Counted from the stretch's first letter, positions 18,286-28,160 are shown. The stretch: 36,613 nt of DNA from Candidatus Bathyarchaeota archaeon (GCA_013329615.1 DUKA01000095.1:1-36613), one strand, 5' to 3'. Notes: generated by a model from the letters alone, not told the origin. Numbers and translations: made by a program.

Positions 18286-18777
18286 TTGGACGAGTACTAT
18301 AGGATACCGGATTACCCCGACCATCTCTCGGGCGCGACCATGCTGGCGCGCATGCTCGACGGCCTCGGTTTCCGTTTCTACTGGGCGACTGAGGGACTGC
18401 GCCCCGAGGACTACAAATTCCGCCCCGCCGCGGACGTCATGAGCATCGGCGAGTTGACGCTGCACGTCTGGGACCTCGTGGCGTGGGTGAGCGCCTCGTC
18501 TCTGGAGAAGCAGTACGAGAAGCCGAAGGAAGGGCAGGCTGCTCGCGATGAGGCGCTGAAGGTCATCGAAGACCTCAGGGATACCTTCCTCGCCATGAGC
18601 GACGCCGATCTTACCAAGCTCCGGATACGCGACAAGCCGTTCTGGCACATTATAAACGGCCCCTTCTCCGACGCCCTGACGCACACGGGGCAGATAAACA
18701 GCTTCAGGAGGCTCGCCGGCAACCCGATCGCAGGCGCCAACGTCTTCCTAGGCGAGCCGCCAAAGAAGAAAGCCTAG
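18286..18777 (+). CDS. DinB/YfiT-like four-helix bundle hypothetical protein
   Basis: FRP...MSIGELTLHV and DALTHTGQI...RR (two His in DinB-like spacing). Confidence 0.7.
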   Translation: MDEYYRIPDYPDHLSGATMLARMLDGLGFRFYWATEGLRPEDYKFRPAADVMSIGELTLHVWDLVAWVSASSLEKQYEKPKEGQAARDEALKVIEDLRDTFLAMSDADLTKLRIRDKPFWHIINGPFSDALTHTGQINSFRRLAGNPIAGANVFLGEPPKKKA

Positions 18778-18783
18778 AGCCTC

Positions 18784-19518
18784 CTACGGGTCCTTCACGC
18801 ACCTGATTGGACGGCCGTAACTCTTGTAGCCGTAGAAGACCTTGAGGCCCGCACTGTCGCAGGTCATCTGCCGGACCCACGCATTCGAGGCGTCGGACTC
18901 GGTTGAGGCCCAGAAGTAGCAGCTGTCACCGAGGCCGTAGAAGTGGAGCCCATCGTAGTTGCGTGTGCCGCAGGGGATGGCGGTGAAGTTTGCCTCGTCG
19001 GTCGCGCCTATGTTGGGCCTGAACCAGTGTGTGTTGCCTTTCTCCTTTAGCTTCCCACCGGCATTGTAGTCTCCACCCAGGTACTTCGAGAGGGTCTCCC
19101 AGTCCTCCTTCGTGGGCACGTGCCATCCCTCGGGTGCGAGTTTGCCCGTGTCGACGGCGTACCAGTTATAGAGTGTCCCGTATGCGTCCCCGTTGGCGGG
19201 GTCATTGTTGTACCAGCAGTAGGCGGGGGTGGTCAGATCGCCCCAAGCGTAGTTGTCAGTCACTATAGGGATGTCCGTCCCGTCGTTGTACTTCGTCGTC
19301 TTAAGGTTCTCAGCCATCCAGAGCTGGTCACCGATCTTGATGACCTTGTAGACGTTTCCCTCGACGTCCGTCACCGTATCCGAGTCCGTGGTAGGGACAG
19401 GGGTGGGTGTTGGGGTTGTGTTTTGAGTCGGTTCCGTGCCCCGAAGGTAGACAAGGTACACGACGATGCACAGAGCGACGATGGCCGCGGCCCAGAGTAT
19501 TTTCGAGTTCACACTCAC
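18784..19518 (-). CDS. Membrane-anchored FISUMP (Fibrobacter succinogenes major paralogous) domain protein
   Basis: TDVEGNVYKVIKIGDQLWMAENL, YGTLYNWYAV, PEGWHVPT..DW..L, FWAST, IRCVKD; N-terminal TM and P/T-rich linker. Confidence 0.92.
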   Translation of the reverse strand: MSVNSKILWAAAIVALCIVVYLVYLRGTEPTQNTTPTPTPVPTTDSDTVTDVEGNVYKVIKIGDQLWMAENLKTTKYNDGTDIPIVTDNYAWGDLTTPAYCWYNNDPANGDAYGTLYNWYAVDTGKLAPEGWHVPTKEDWETLSKYLGGDYNAGGKLKEKGNTHWFRPNIGATDEANFTAIPCGTRNYDGLHFYGLGDSCYFWASTESDASNAWVRQMTCDSAGLKVFYGYKSYGRPIRCVKDP

Positions 19519-19632
19519 GCCAGATCGGTGGCTTCTCGTCCGATTGGCGAATTAATGCTTGTGCAAGTCTGATGTTTGCGTATAAGCATCGGTTTTGACG
19601 GCGCCCCCTCCGCCGTCGGTGATTAAAGGGGG

Positions 19633-21480
19633 CTACTGGGTTGTAGTCTTGCTCTTCTTGAGCATCGTGGCGAGGAGCGCGTTGACTAGGTTGCCCGAGT
19701 CCTGGCCGCCCCCGGTCACCTGTACCTCGGGAGTTATCACTATCTTGCCGTTTGCTATCTCCTCGAAGAGCTTGAGGGCGGCGACGTTCTGCTGCCCGAG
19801 GACCTCGGTCTGAGCCCTATAGGCGGCTGCCAGGCCTTCACCGACCTGCTGGTTCTCGTAGGAGGTACCGTCTGCCTTCGTCTTTGTGGCGTCGCGTATG
19901 CCCTCGGCCTCGCGGCGGGCCGCCTCGGCGCGGTCCGCGGCTATCTCGATGCTGAGCTTCGCGGAGATAACGTTCTCCTGCTGGTTCGCCCTAGCCGTCT
20001 TCTCGGCGACGGCGATGCGCTGCTCCTGCGCGAGCGCCTCCTGCTCGTACTGCTTTTGCTGCTGTACGGCGATCTCCTTCTTCGTCTGGGTCTCTAGCAG
20101 CTGCACATCGACGTTGATGTAGGCGATGAGCAGGCCCTGTACCTCCACGTGGTACTTGCTGAACTCCTCCCTCGCCTTCTCCAGCGCCTGTAGCTGCAGC
20201 TCGGTGCGGCTGTGCACGAACTCCATCGCGGCCTTCTTGCCGGCCTCGTTTCGGAAGCTGCTGTCGATGAGGGGGTGGGCGACCTGCTCGATGAGGTTGC
20301 TTACCGTTCCGAAGCGGGCGATGACGAAGGGGGCGTTTGGCGGCGGGATGCGTATGATGAGCCTTACGTCCACGTCGAGCTGGAAGCCGTCCTTCGAGGT
20401 GACCCGGAGCTGGCTGAACTTGAAGAACTCCGTTATCTTCGCGCTCTGGCCCACCTCCGACCTCTCCTTGCCGATGATTTTGGTCTCGGATGGCCCGGAG
20501 GTTGACGCCCAGTCGATTGTGATCGCGCTCGTGGGTACGAGCTCGGCCTTGTATGCGATGTTGTTGAGGTTGTATGTGCCCGGCGCGATGGGGTCCCTGA
20601 ATATGCCGCGCTGGTTCCTCTCGTTGATCAGCAGGGACTCGACGGCCTCGTGTATCGGCTGGTTGAGGTTGGGCATCGTCGAGACCGCCGGCGCCATGGG
20701 GGAGCTTGCGAGTTCCTTGCCGACGCTCGAGATGACGACTGCGACGTAACCCGGCGGCACGACGGTGACGGAGTAGAGGGTGACCTCGAATAGCCTGTTG
20801 TTTATGTAGTACTCACCGGGCTGCAGGGTTTCCAGCTGCGGTCCCCTGTAGCCTTCCGAGGTGATGAACGCCTGCCCGTCCTGGAAGTGTTTGTGCTCAC
20901 CCTTTGGCTCTGGGGCCACGATGAAGCCCGAGGGGAGGGGTATGCCGTCCATCGCGACGACTACGCCGACCATCTCCTTCGGCACCTCTAGGGCTGGCGC
21001 GAGCTCTATCCTGAATATTGCGGTGTTGATGCGGTAGGTTCCCGGGAGCAGTATGGAGACCTGTGGTCCCTTCCTGCCGCCGTTCTTGAGGAATGCCTTA
21101 GCGTCCTGGAACGAGTTGCATTCGACGTCGTCGCCGAGCAGCCTGCCCCTCTGGAGGGGCTGGCCGTCGATGGACTCGATTATGCCGATCTTGCCCTGGG
21201 GTATCTGTGTGACGCGTGTCTTGCTTATCTTCCAGACTATGGGCACACGCCAGTAGAGGCCGGGCATCAGGGTGTCTGCCTGTACGCCTACCTCGCCCTC
21301 GGTGGCGATGATCTTGCCCTGTGGGAGCTTCTTGCCGAACATCTTCTTCGTGAGTATTCCGACCTCATCGGCCCTCACCAGTGCGAAGCCGGAGAGCAAT
21401 ATAATTAACACTATGAGCCCGACTAGGGCTAGTATCAGCGTCGTTATCGCTGATCCGCCTATTAGATCGAATAGCGCCAT
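19633..21480 (-). CDS. SPFH/band-7 (flotillin-like) membrane protein
   Basis: N-terminal TM, four G-x-Q...L-x-PG-x-Y repeats, SPFH core (SKDGFQL...IARFG...LIEQV..P.IDSSFRN), coiled-coil tail. Confidence 0.9.
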   Translation of the reverse strand: MALFDLIGGSAITTLILALVGLIVLIILLSGFALVRADEVGILTKKMFGKKLPQGKIIATEGEVGVQADTLMPGLYWRVPIVWKISKTRVTQIPQGKIGIIESIDGQPLQRGRLLGDDVECNSFQDAKAFLKNGGRKGPQVSILLPGTYRINTAIFRIELAPALEVPKEMVGVVVAMDGIPLPSGFIVAPEPKGEHKHFQDGQAFITSEGYRGPQLETLQPGEYYINNRLFEVTLYSVTVVPPGYVAVVISSVGKELASSPMAPAVSTMPNLNQPIHEAVESLLINERNQRGIFRDPIAPGTYNLNNIAYKAELVPTSAITIDWASTSGPSETKIIGKERSEVGQSAKITEFFKFSQLRVTSKDGFQLDVDVRLIIRIPPPNAPFVIARFGTVSNLIEQVAHPLIDSSFRNEAGKKAAMEFVHSRTELQLQALEKAREEFSKYHVEVQGLLIAYINVDVQLLETQTKKEIAVQQQKQYEQEALAQEQRIAVAEKTARANQQENVISAKLSIEIAADRAEAARREAEGIRDATKTKADGTSYENQQVGEGLAAAYRAQTEVLGQQNVAALKLFEEIANGKIVITPEVQVTGGGQDSGNLVNALLATMLKKSKTTTQ

Positions 21481-21614
21481 ACTTCAGTTCCTCCTATCTG
21501 CAGGTAATGGTTAACATTCTGGTGGTTTAAGGTAGCCCCAAATAGTCTCTATATAGTCAATATTTTTCCCGGATTGAGTTTATATCCGCGTTGACCTTGT
21601 CTGTTGAGTGGTCC

Positions 21615-22733
21615 TTGAAGCGCCTCGGCTTTGTTGTTAACCCGGTTGCAGGGATGGGTGGCCGCGTCGGGTTGAAGGGCAGCGACGGCGCGGAGACGCT
21701 GAGGAGGGCGAGGGAGTTGGGCGCAACTGAGATGTCGCCGACGAGGGCGACAGAGGCCCTGAGGCACCTCGCTGCGATAAAGGACCAGTTTGAGCTTGTC
21801 ACCTACCCGGGGGAAATGGGGGAGGACGAGGCGCGGGCAGCTGGCTTCGAGCCGAGGGTATTAGGCAAGATCAAGGCGGGGAGTACGACCTCGGCGGACA
21901 CGAAGGCGGCGGCCGCCGAGATGGCGTCCTTAGGTATCGACCTGCTCCTCTTCGCGGGCGGCGACGGTACGGCGCGGGACATCTGTGAGGCCATCGACGG
22001 CAAGGTCCCCGCCCTGGGCATCCCCACGGGGGTCAAGATACACTCGGGCGTCTACGCGGTCTCACCTGCCGCTGCAGGGGTGCTCGCCGTCAAGTACCTC
22101 ACGGGGGAGGTCACGTCGGTGCAGCAGGCGGAGGTCATGGACGTAGACGAGGACGCCTTCCGTGACAACAGGCTCAGCGCGCGCCTCTACGGCTACCTGC
22201 GTGTGCCCCGGGAGGAGGCGTACATGCAGGGGAGCAAGGAGGCGACCCCGGTCGACGAGGGAGAGAACATCAAGGCGATAGCCGCCGACCTCGCCGACGA
22301 GATGGACCCAGACACCCTCTATGTCCTCTGCCCCGGCTCCACCATAAGCAGTGTGGCCGAACACCTCGGGCTCGAGAAGACGCTCCTCGGCGTCGACGTG
22401 GTCAAGGGGGGTAAGATAATTGCTAAGGATGTTAACGAGGAGCAGCTCCTCAAGCTGGTCACGGGTAAGAGGGCGAAGATAGTGGTCACTGTTATCGGGG
22501 GGCAGGGCTTCGTCTTCGGTAGGGGCAACCAGCAGATAAGCGCGCGCGTAATACGCGCCGTGGGGAGGGAGAACATCGTAATAGCCGCCACGCCGGCGAA
22601 GCTCGCCACCCTACACGGCAAGCCGCTCCTCGTGGACACCGGCGACACGGTCCTCGACGCCGAACTCGCGGGCTACACGCGCGTCGTCACCGACTACGGT
22701 AGACGCGTAGTCTACCGAATAAAATCCGGCTAG
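21615..22733 (+). CDS. ATP-NAD/AcoX-type kinase family protein
   Basis: VNPVAGMGGRVGLKGSDG, AGGDGTARD, GIPTGVKIHSG, GGQGFVFGRGNQQIS, LLVDTGD. Start uncertain (TTG 21615 or 21591). Confidence 0.88.
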   Translation: MKRLGFVVNPVAGMGGRVGLKGSDGAETLRRARELGATEMSPTRATEALRHLAAIKDQFELVTYPGEMGEDEARAAGFEPRVLGKIKAGSTTSADTKAAAAEMASLGIDLLLFAGGDGTARDICEAIDGKVPALGIPTGVKIHSGVYAVSPAAAGVLAVKYLTGEVTSVQQAEVMDVDEDAFRDNRLSARLYGYLRVPREEAYMQGSKEATPVDEGENIKAIAADLADEMDPDTLYVLCPGSTISSVAEHLGLEKTLLGVDVVKGGKIIAKDVNEEQLLKLVTGKRAKIVVTVIGGQGFVFGRGNQQISARVIRAVGRENIVIAATPAKLATLHGKPLLVDTGDTVLDAELAGYTRVVTDYGRRVVYRIKSG

Positions 22734-24094
22734 CGGCCGAAGTTGTCACTTTCCGGTTCGTAGACGTAGCCGAGGGATGGGTCCTTGATCATGTAGAGGA
22801 CGCTACCGTGTTTGTATACGATCGTGACCCCCTCTCTCTTGATTATATTTGTGAAAGCCTCCAAGTTCTGGACGGTTATCATCGTCGTGGGCGGGTAGAC
22901 GTTTTCGAAGTAGAGGCTCTCCGGCAGCTCAATGTTCGGGGCGTCGGAGTAGAGCAACGCCCCCGCTTTACCGATCTTACTCGAGACGTTTATCCAGTCC
23001 GCCTTCTCGTCCTCGACGACCCCCAAGTGGGCGTTCCATAGAAACACGGATAGGAAACCGATGACGGCAACGGCAGACAAGATCTTCAAGGTTCTGCGTT
23101 TATCCTCTCTGAGGTAGTTCACGGCGTCGAAGAAGGGTTTCCTCAAATCCGTGAGCCCATGTGGGATGAGGAGCATGGCAAAATACACTATGACGGCGGG
23201 TATGACCGGCCTAAATTCGCCCATCCAGCTGCCGACGTTAATTTGAGCCCAGAGGATAGACCCTATTTCTATTACTCCGACGATGAAGGCGGCAACGACA
23301 GCCAATGTGAGGGACTCGAAACCGCTGAGGACACCGATTGCTAGGAGGGGGATCATAATGAAGGTGTTTCCCCCCGGGTCTATGTGTAAAAAGGGGGGAA
23401 AGAGCGACCCCGCAACACATGCGAGCCCGCCGCTGAGTGTCCACACGACGAGTCTAACCTTCCACGGGTCTACGCCCTGTATCATGGCCAGTTCCGGGTT
23501 CTCCCCAGAGGCCACCAACGTCATTCTGAAAACAGTCTTGTTCCGAAGCACGAGTAACGAAAAGTAGACGCCCAGACACACGAGGGGTATGATGTAGAAG
23601 ATGCCACGGATACCAAGCAGCTCAAAATCGAACAATATCATGGAGTGGAAGATATGCGTCGATAGCTTGGATTGGTAGTAGTCTAGCCAGTATGCGCTTA
23701 TCCAGAGTATCGCGCCTCCGATTATCTGGACGGCTATTGTCGAGAGGGTGCGGAGCACGGTGTCGTCCCCCCTTCGCTCCATGATACCTTCGATGCCCCG
23801 ATACTGCGCCCAGCCAAGAAGACAACCCGCGGCGAAGGCCAACAAGGGACCCGTGTAGATGTTCAACCCTAGGTTGAAGGCGACCCCCGACGAAAAGACG
23901 CCCAGCCACATATACACGATGATAGAAAAATCGGGTATCCCCGACACTCTGTGCCTCAAGACCAGCGCTAAGCCGAGTAACGAGAGTAAGCCCGCGTAAC
24001 AAAGGCATAGCAGATAAATCTGGTAATCCAACCCAAGTTTAAATTTCTCATGAAGATATAAAACATGACCTAGCGGCCAAAAAAGGAGCCACAC
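22730..24094 (-). CDS. Branched-chain amino-acid ABC permease (LivH-like) with C-terminal extension
   Basis: ALVLRHRVSGIPDFS, ASGENPELAMIQGVD...W.LSGGLA..AG, P.GL; extra TM and soluble tail. Start uncertain. Confidence 0.75.
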   Translation of the reverse strand: MWLLFWPLGHVLYLHEKFKLGLDYQIYLLCLCYAGLLSLLGLALVLRHRVSGIPDFSIIVYMWLGVFSSGVAFNLGLNIYTGPLLAFAAGCLLGWAQYRGIEGIMERRGDDTVLRTLSTIAVQIIGGAILWISAYWLDYYQSKLSTHIFHSMILFDFELLGIRGIFYIIPLVCLGVYFSLLVLRNKTVFRMTLVASGENPELAMIQGVDPWKVRLVVWTLSGGLACVAGSLFPPFLHIDPGGNTFIMIPLLAIGVLSGFESLTLAVVAAFIVGVIEIGSILWAQINVGSWMGEFRPVIPAVIVYFAMLLIPHGLTDLRKPFFDAVNYLREDKRRTLKILSAVAVIGFLSVFLWNAHLGVVEDEKADWINVSSKIGKAGALLYSDAPNIELPESLYFENVYPPTTMITVQNLEAFTNIIKREGVTIVYKHGSVLYMIKDPSLGYVYEPESDNFGR

Positions 24095-24237
24095 CGATCT
24101 CCATTGTTACGACCCTGTCACGCGAAAAGAGCCAGGAAACGACGCCAACAGTACGCCGATCTAGGCAAAAGGAGCGCTTATTCAGGAAAGCGTTTGAAAA
24201 AATATTTTCCCGTTATGAGGGGTAGCATGCCACAAGC

Positions 24238-25044
24238 CTATTTGGGGCTGTAGGGTCCGAGGAACTCCTCCTGCAGGATGTTCCCCCCATCTATCACTAT
24301 CTCGGAGCCCGTGAGGTAGCTCGCCTCGTCACTCGCGAGGAAGCGGACTAGGTTGCCGACATCCTCGGGACTCCCCTGCCTGCACATGGGTATCTTTCGC
24401 CCGAACTCCCTCATCGCCGCCTCGACGTCGGCGCCGCTAGTGCTTCCCCTTATCCCGAATGCACTAGGGCTGTAGACGTAGCCGGGGAGGATGCAGTTGA
24501 CATTGATCATATACTGCGCCGTCTCAAGCGCCAGAGCCTTCGTGAAACCGATCACCGCCGCCTTCGAGGAGCCGTACGCGGTCTGTCCCCCAGCCGGCGT
24601 ACCAACCATGGGACCCGTCACGCTGCTCATGTTCACAATCTTTCCATAGCGCCTCTCCATCATCCCGGGGAGCACCGCCTTCGCGCAGCGAAACATCCCG
24701 AAGACGTTTATCTCAAAGAGGCGGTGCAGGAACTCCTCATCCATCTCCACGAGCTTACGCCGCGGGTAGATGCCCGCGTTATTAACGAGTATGTCCACGC
24801 GCCCGTGATCCTTCAACATCTTGGCGAATGTCGCCTCGACGTCCGCGGACTTCGTGACGTCTATCCTGTAGGCGAAAGCCTTCCCGCCGTCCTTCCTGAT
24901 CGCCTCGGCGGTCTGCTCAACGCTCTCCTGGATGTCGGCGAGACACAAGGTCGCGCCGTGGGACGCCAGAACCCGCGCTATGCCCGCGCCTATACCCTGC
25001 GCGGAGCCCGTGACAACCGCTACCTTGCCCTCGAGTCTCTTCAC
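24238..25044 (-). CDS. Short-chain dehydrogenase/reductase (UcpA/FabG-like)
   Basis: TGSAQGIG, NNAG, SSVTG, YGSSK, VNCILPG, IDGG; the GTG start overlaps the gcvPB stop (GTGA). Confidence 0.93.
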   Translation of the reverse strand: MKRLEGKVAVVTGSAQGIGAGIARVLASHGATLCLADIQESVEQTAEAIRKDGGKAFAYRIDVTKSADVEATFAKMLKDHGRVDILVNNAGIYPRRKLVEMDEEFLHRLFEINVFGMFRCAKAVLPGMMERRYGKIVNMSSVTGPMVGTPAGGQTAYGSSKAAVIGFTKALALETAQYMINVNCILPGYVYSPSAFGIRGSTSGADVEAAMREFGRKIPMCRQGSPEDVGNLVRFLASDEASYLTGSEIVIDGGNILQEEFLGPYSPK

Positions 25045-26582
25045 TTCATCTTCCTCCTGTAAGCCCTCCAACTCATCGCCCACCTCTCCGGGTCATCGAA
25101 CGGCGCCGAGTCCAAGGCGTGTATCGACGAGTTGTGCGGCGCCTCCTTCAATATCTTGGGGTCCTCGTAAGCCTCCTCGCATACCCGCTTAAGCACGGCG
25201 ATCCAGTAGTCGATGTCCGCCTTACTGTACGTCTCGCATGGCTCGGGCGTGAACGGCTCAGGTACCACCCACGGGTGGTGGCTCGTGAAGAAGCTTTGGA
25301 CGCCGTAGTCGATGACGCGGTGGTTCACGTCGTCGATGCCGCAGCCCGTCTCCTTCTTTAGCTTCTCGAGGCTCCATCGGACCTGATCGAGGCGCTTCCC
25401 GCCGTATGGCTTCGTGACACCCGGTACCTCCTTCATCTTCTCGCTCAGGTACTGGTTGTTTATCATGCTGACCTCCGCTGCCTCGCGTAGCCCGTCTGCG
25501 CCCATCGCGGCGGCCCACGCGTAGGCGCGTACGACGACCTGCAGGTTGCCTAGGAAGTCGCGCACCCGCCCTATGCTCTTCGGGCGATCGTAGTCGAGGT
25601 GGTACTCCTCACCCTCCTTGATTATGACGGGGACTGGGAGGTACTCCTCAAGCTCCTCGGTCACCCCCACGGCGCCGGAGCCGGGCCCCGAGGAGCCGTG
25701 TGGGCTGCTGAACGTCTTGTGCAGGTTGAAGAAGCATAGGTCGAAGCCGGCGTCCGCTGCACGGGTGACGCCCATGACAGCGTTGAGGTTCGCCTGATCG
25801 TAGGCGCAGAGCCCACCCACCTCATGCACTATACTCGTCCATTCATCGATGTGCCCGTTGAATATGCCCGTGTCCTCCGGATTCGTCACGAATATCCCCG
25901 CCGTCCTCCTCGACACAGCAGCTTTCAACGCCTCCACGCTCGGGTAACCAGTCTCCTCGTCCGGGTACAGAGTCACGACTTTGAATCCCGCCGTGGCTGG
26001 GCAAGCCGCGTCACAAGGGTGGCTGAATATCGTCGTGATTATCTCGTCGCGCTGGTCGAGCTCACCGTTCAGCTCGTGGTACCTCCTCATGATGGCGGCG
26101 TTGTTGAACGCCCCCGCAGAGCCACCCGGCGGCTGGAACGTGAAGGCGTCCAGCCCGCTGACCTCCCTGAGGTAGACGTTGGCGAAGCGCCACGCGACCT
26201 CCAGCAGCCCCTGCATGGACTCCTCGGGCTGATCCGGGTGCATGTTCGCCACCATAGCGGCGAGCTCCTCGTTCACCTTTGGGCTGTACTTCATCGTGCA
26301 TGTGCCGACGCCGAGGTCTATCTCGGCCTCCATCCCCAGCGTCATCTGGCTCAGGCGCAGCCAGTGGCGCAGGACCTGAGGCTGGCTCAGCTCGGGTAGA
26401 CCCGGCTTCGCCTTCCTCCTCATGCTTTTTAGGATCAACAACTCGGGCTTCCCCACCGCCTTCCTCACATCCGCCTCGACCTCGGGAAGTATGACGCCGC
26501 GCTCACCAGACCTACCGAGCTCGTGAATCAACGGTTCGCTCCACGCCGCTGCGTGGTACGGGCGTACCTTCGGCTCGGTCAT
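25041..26582 (-). CDS. gcvPB: Glycine dehydrogenase (decarboxylating) subunit 2-like, divergent
   Basis: LPELSQ, GTCTMKYSPKVNE, TNPEDTG, YDQAN, PLP lysine NLHKTFSSPHG..GPG. Confidence 0.88.
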   Translation of the reverse strand: MTEPKVRPYHAAAWSEPLIHELGRSGERGVILPEVEADVRKAVGKPELLILKSMRRKAKPGLPELSQPQVLRHWLRLSQMTLGMEAEIDLGVGTCTMKYSPKVNEELAAMVANMHPDQPEESMQGLLEVAWRFANVYLREVSGLDAFTFQPPGGSAGAFNNAAIMRRYHELNGELDQRDEIITTIFSHPCDAACPATAGFKVVTLYPDEETGYPSVEALKAAVSRRTAGIFVTNPEDTGIFNGHIDEWTSIVHEVGGLCAYDQANLNAVMGVTRAADAGFDLCFFNLHKTFSSPHGSSGPGSGAVGVTEELEEYLPVPVIIKEGEEYHLDYDRPKSIGRVRDFLGNLQVVVRAYAWAAAMGADGLREAAEVSMINNQYLSEKMKEVPGVTKPYGGKRLDQVRWSLEKLKKETGCGIDDVNHRVIDYGVQSFFTSHHPWVVPEPFTPEPCETYSKADIDYWIAVLKRVCEEAYEDPKILKEAPHNSSIHALDSAPFDDPERWAMSWRAYRRKMK

Positions 26583-27979
26583 CTGAGGACCGCCTCCAGC
26601 TCGGCGGCGAACCTATCGATGCCCGCCTTGCTGTGCACCTCGGTGACGCATGTGAGCGCCGACTGCCCCAACTCGGGGAACTCGCGGGAGATGTCCTTCC
26701 CGCCGAAGATACCCCTCTTCAGCAGCGCCTTGTTGACCCTCTTCACCTTCTTACCCGTGGCGTCTATGTTGAGAAGGATCTCCTTGAAGAAGCTCGGGAA
26801 CTTCGCCTCGACCCCCTCGATCTCGGAGAGCCTCTCGGCGGCGTAGTGACTCTTCAGCAGGATAGCCTCGCCGACCTCCTTCATCCCCTCGGGTCCGAGG
26901 AGACTCATGTAGACTGCTGCTATGATGCCGTGTAGCGCCGTGGTTGTGCCGACCCAGTCCTTCGCCTTCTCACGAGCCATGTAGCTCGTGCGCTCATACT
27001 TCGCCTGCCCGAAGCCGTACTCGCCCTCGACCTTCGTGCCCGTCACGCTGATGAGGCGCAGAGGGTACTCGGAGACGTACCTCTCCTCGTCCCTGCTTGC
27101 TATGAAGCCCGCGAGGCCGCCGCCGGCGCTCATGTGGACGCCCAGAGGCTGCACCTCGCCGCAGACGATGTCGGCGCCGTAGTCGCTCGGTGGAGCGAGG
27201 ACACCGAGGCTGATGGGGTCAACCCCAACGACGACCTCCGCTCCCGCCCCATGTGTGATCTCCGCGATCTCCTCTCCCTGATCCTCGATGACGCCGAGGT
27301 AGCCGGGATTCTCGAAGTAGACACACGCCGACTTGGCGCTGATCCTCTTCTTCAAGTCGTTCAGGTCGAGTTTCCCCGTCTCCGGGTCGTAGGCTACTTT
27401 CCTGATCTTGAGTGCGTCGGGCATCTTTGTGGTATTGCAGAAGTTCGCCACGACGCCCAGCCGCGCGGGGCTCATACTCGCGGGGACGAGTATCTCCCTC
27501 CTCCCAGTGAGGCGCGAAGCCATGCGCACCGCGTTGCCAGCGGCGCTCCCCCAGTCATACGTCGGGATACCGCTCACCTCCATCCCGACCAGCTCACAGA
27601 TCAGGCTCTGGAACTCCCAATTCGCCTGAAAGCGCCCGAGGTCACTGTAGTAGCCACCCGCATAGGCGGTGAGGAACTCGCTCCGCCCCGCGATCTCGTC
27701 GCAGACCCGTGGCACGAAGTGATTCCAGCAGCCGCCGCCTAGGAAGCTTAGAGTCTCCGCGCAGGTGCTGTCACGGGAGAGAATGCCTGCCACGTGCCTC
27801 TTCAGGTCGTGCTCCGCCGGGAGAGCCTTAGGTAGCTCCATCCGCCTCTTGAACAGCAGCCTGTCGGGTATCATCTCGGCGTAGAGCTCTTCGGCACTCG
27901 ATGCCCCGACGGCTCGGAGCATCTCTGCCTTGACCTCTGGGACCGAGTTAGGTATGTAGGGATGCGGCTTCTTGGCCAT
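26579..27979 (-). CDS. gcvPA: Glycine dehydrogenase (decarboxylating) subunit 1-like, divergent
   Basis: HPYIP, SFLGGG, RSEFLTAY, EFQS, YD, GADIVCGEVQPLG, REKA, CVTE. Confidence 0.88.
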   Translation of the reverse strand: MAKKPHPYIPNSVPEVKAEMLRAVGASSAEELYAEMIPDRLLFKRRMELPKALPAEHDLKRHVAGILSRDSTCAETLSFLGGGCWNHFVPRVCDEIAGRSEFLTAYAGGYYSDLGRFQANWEFQSLICELVGMEVSGIPTYDWGSAAGNAVRMASRLTGRREILVPASMSPARLGVVANFCNTTKMPDALKIRKVAYDPETGKLDLNDLKKRISAKSACVYFENPGYLGVIEDQGEEIAEITHGAGAEVVVGVDPISLGVLAPPSDYGADIVCGEVQPLGVHMSAGGGLAGFIASRDEERYVSEYPLRLISVTGTKVEGEYGFGQAKYERTSYMAREKAKDWVGTTTALHGIIAAVYMSLLGPEGMKEVGEAILLKSHYAAERLSEIEGVEAKFPSFFKEILLNIDATGKKVKRVNKALLKRGIFGGKDISREFPELGQSALTCVTEVHSKAGIDRFAAELEAVLR

Positions 27980-28034
27980 TGTACATCTGGTTCAAAGGAG
28001 CGCCTAGGGGCTATATCCCTGACGCCCGATCCGC

Positions 28035-28160
28035 TCACTTACGGAGGGACTCGGCTGCCTCTTCGAGGTGTGCGATGGCGCAGATAGCCTCGACCTCGGC
28101 GTCCTCGTGGACGAGGCCACTCAGCCTCAAACGCTTCGAGGGCGCCGTCTCGGGCATCAT
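28035..28160 (-). CDS. Possible small protein upstream of gcvPA
   Basis: MMPETAPSKRLRLSGLVHEDAEVEAICAIAHLEEAAESLRK with host-like codons; TTAAAT box upstream near 28222-28227; no family recognised. Confidence 0.35.
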   Translation of the reverse strand: MMPETAPSKRLRLSGLVHEDAEVEAICAIAHLEEAAESLRK

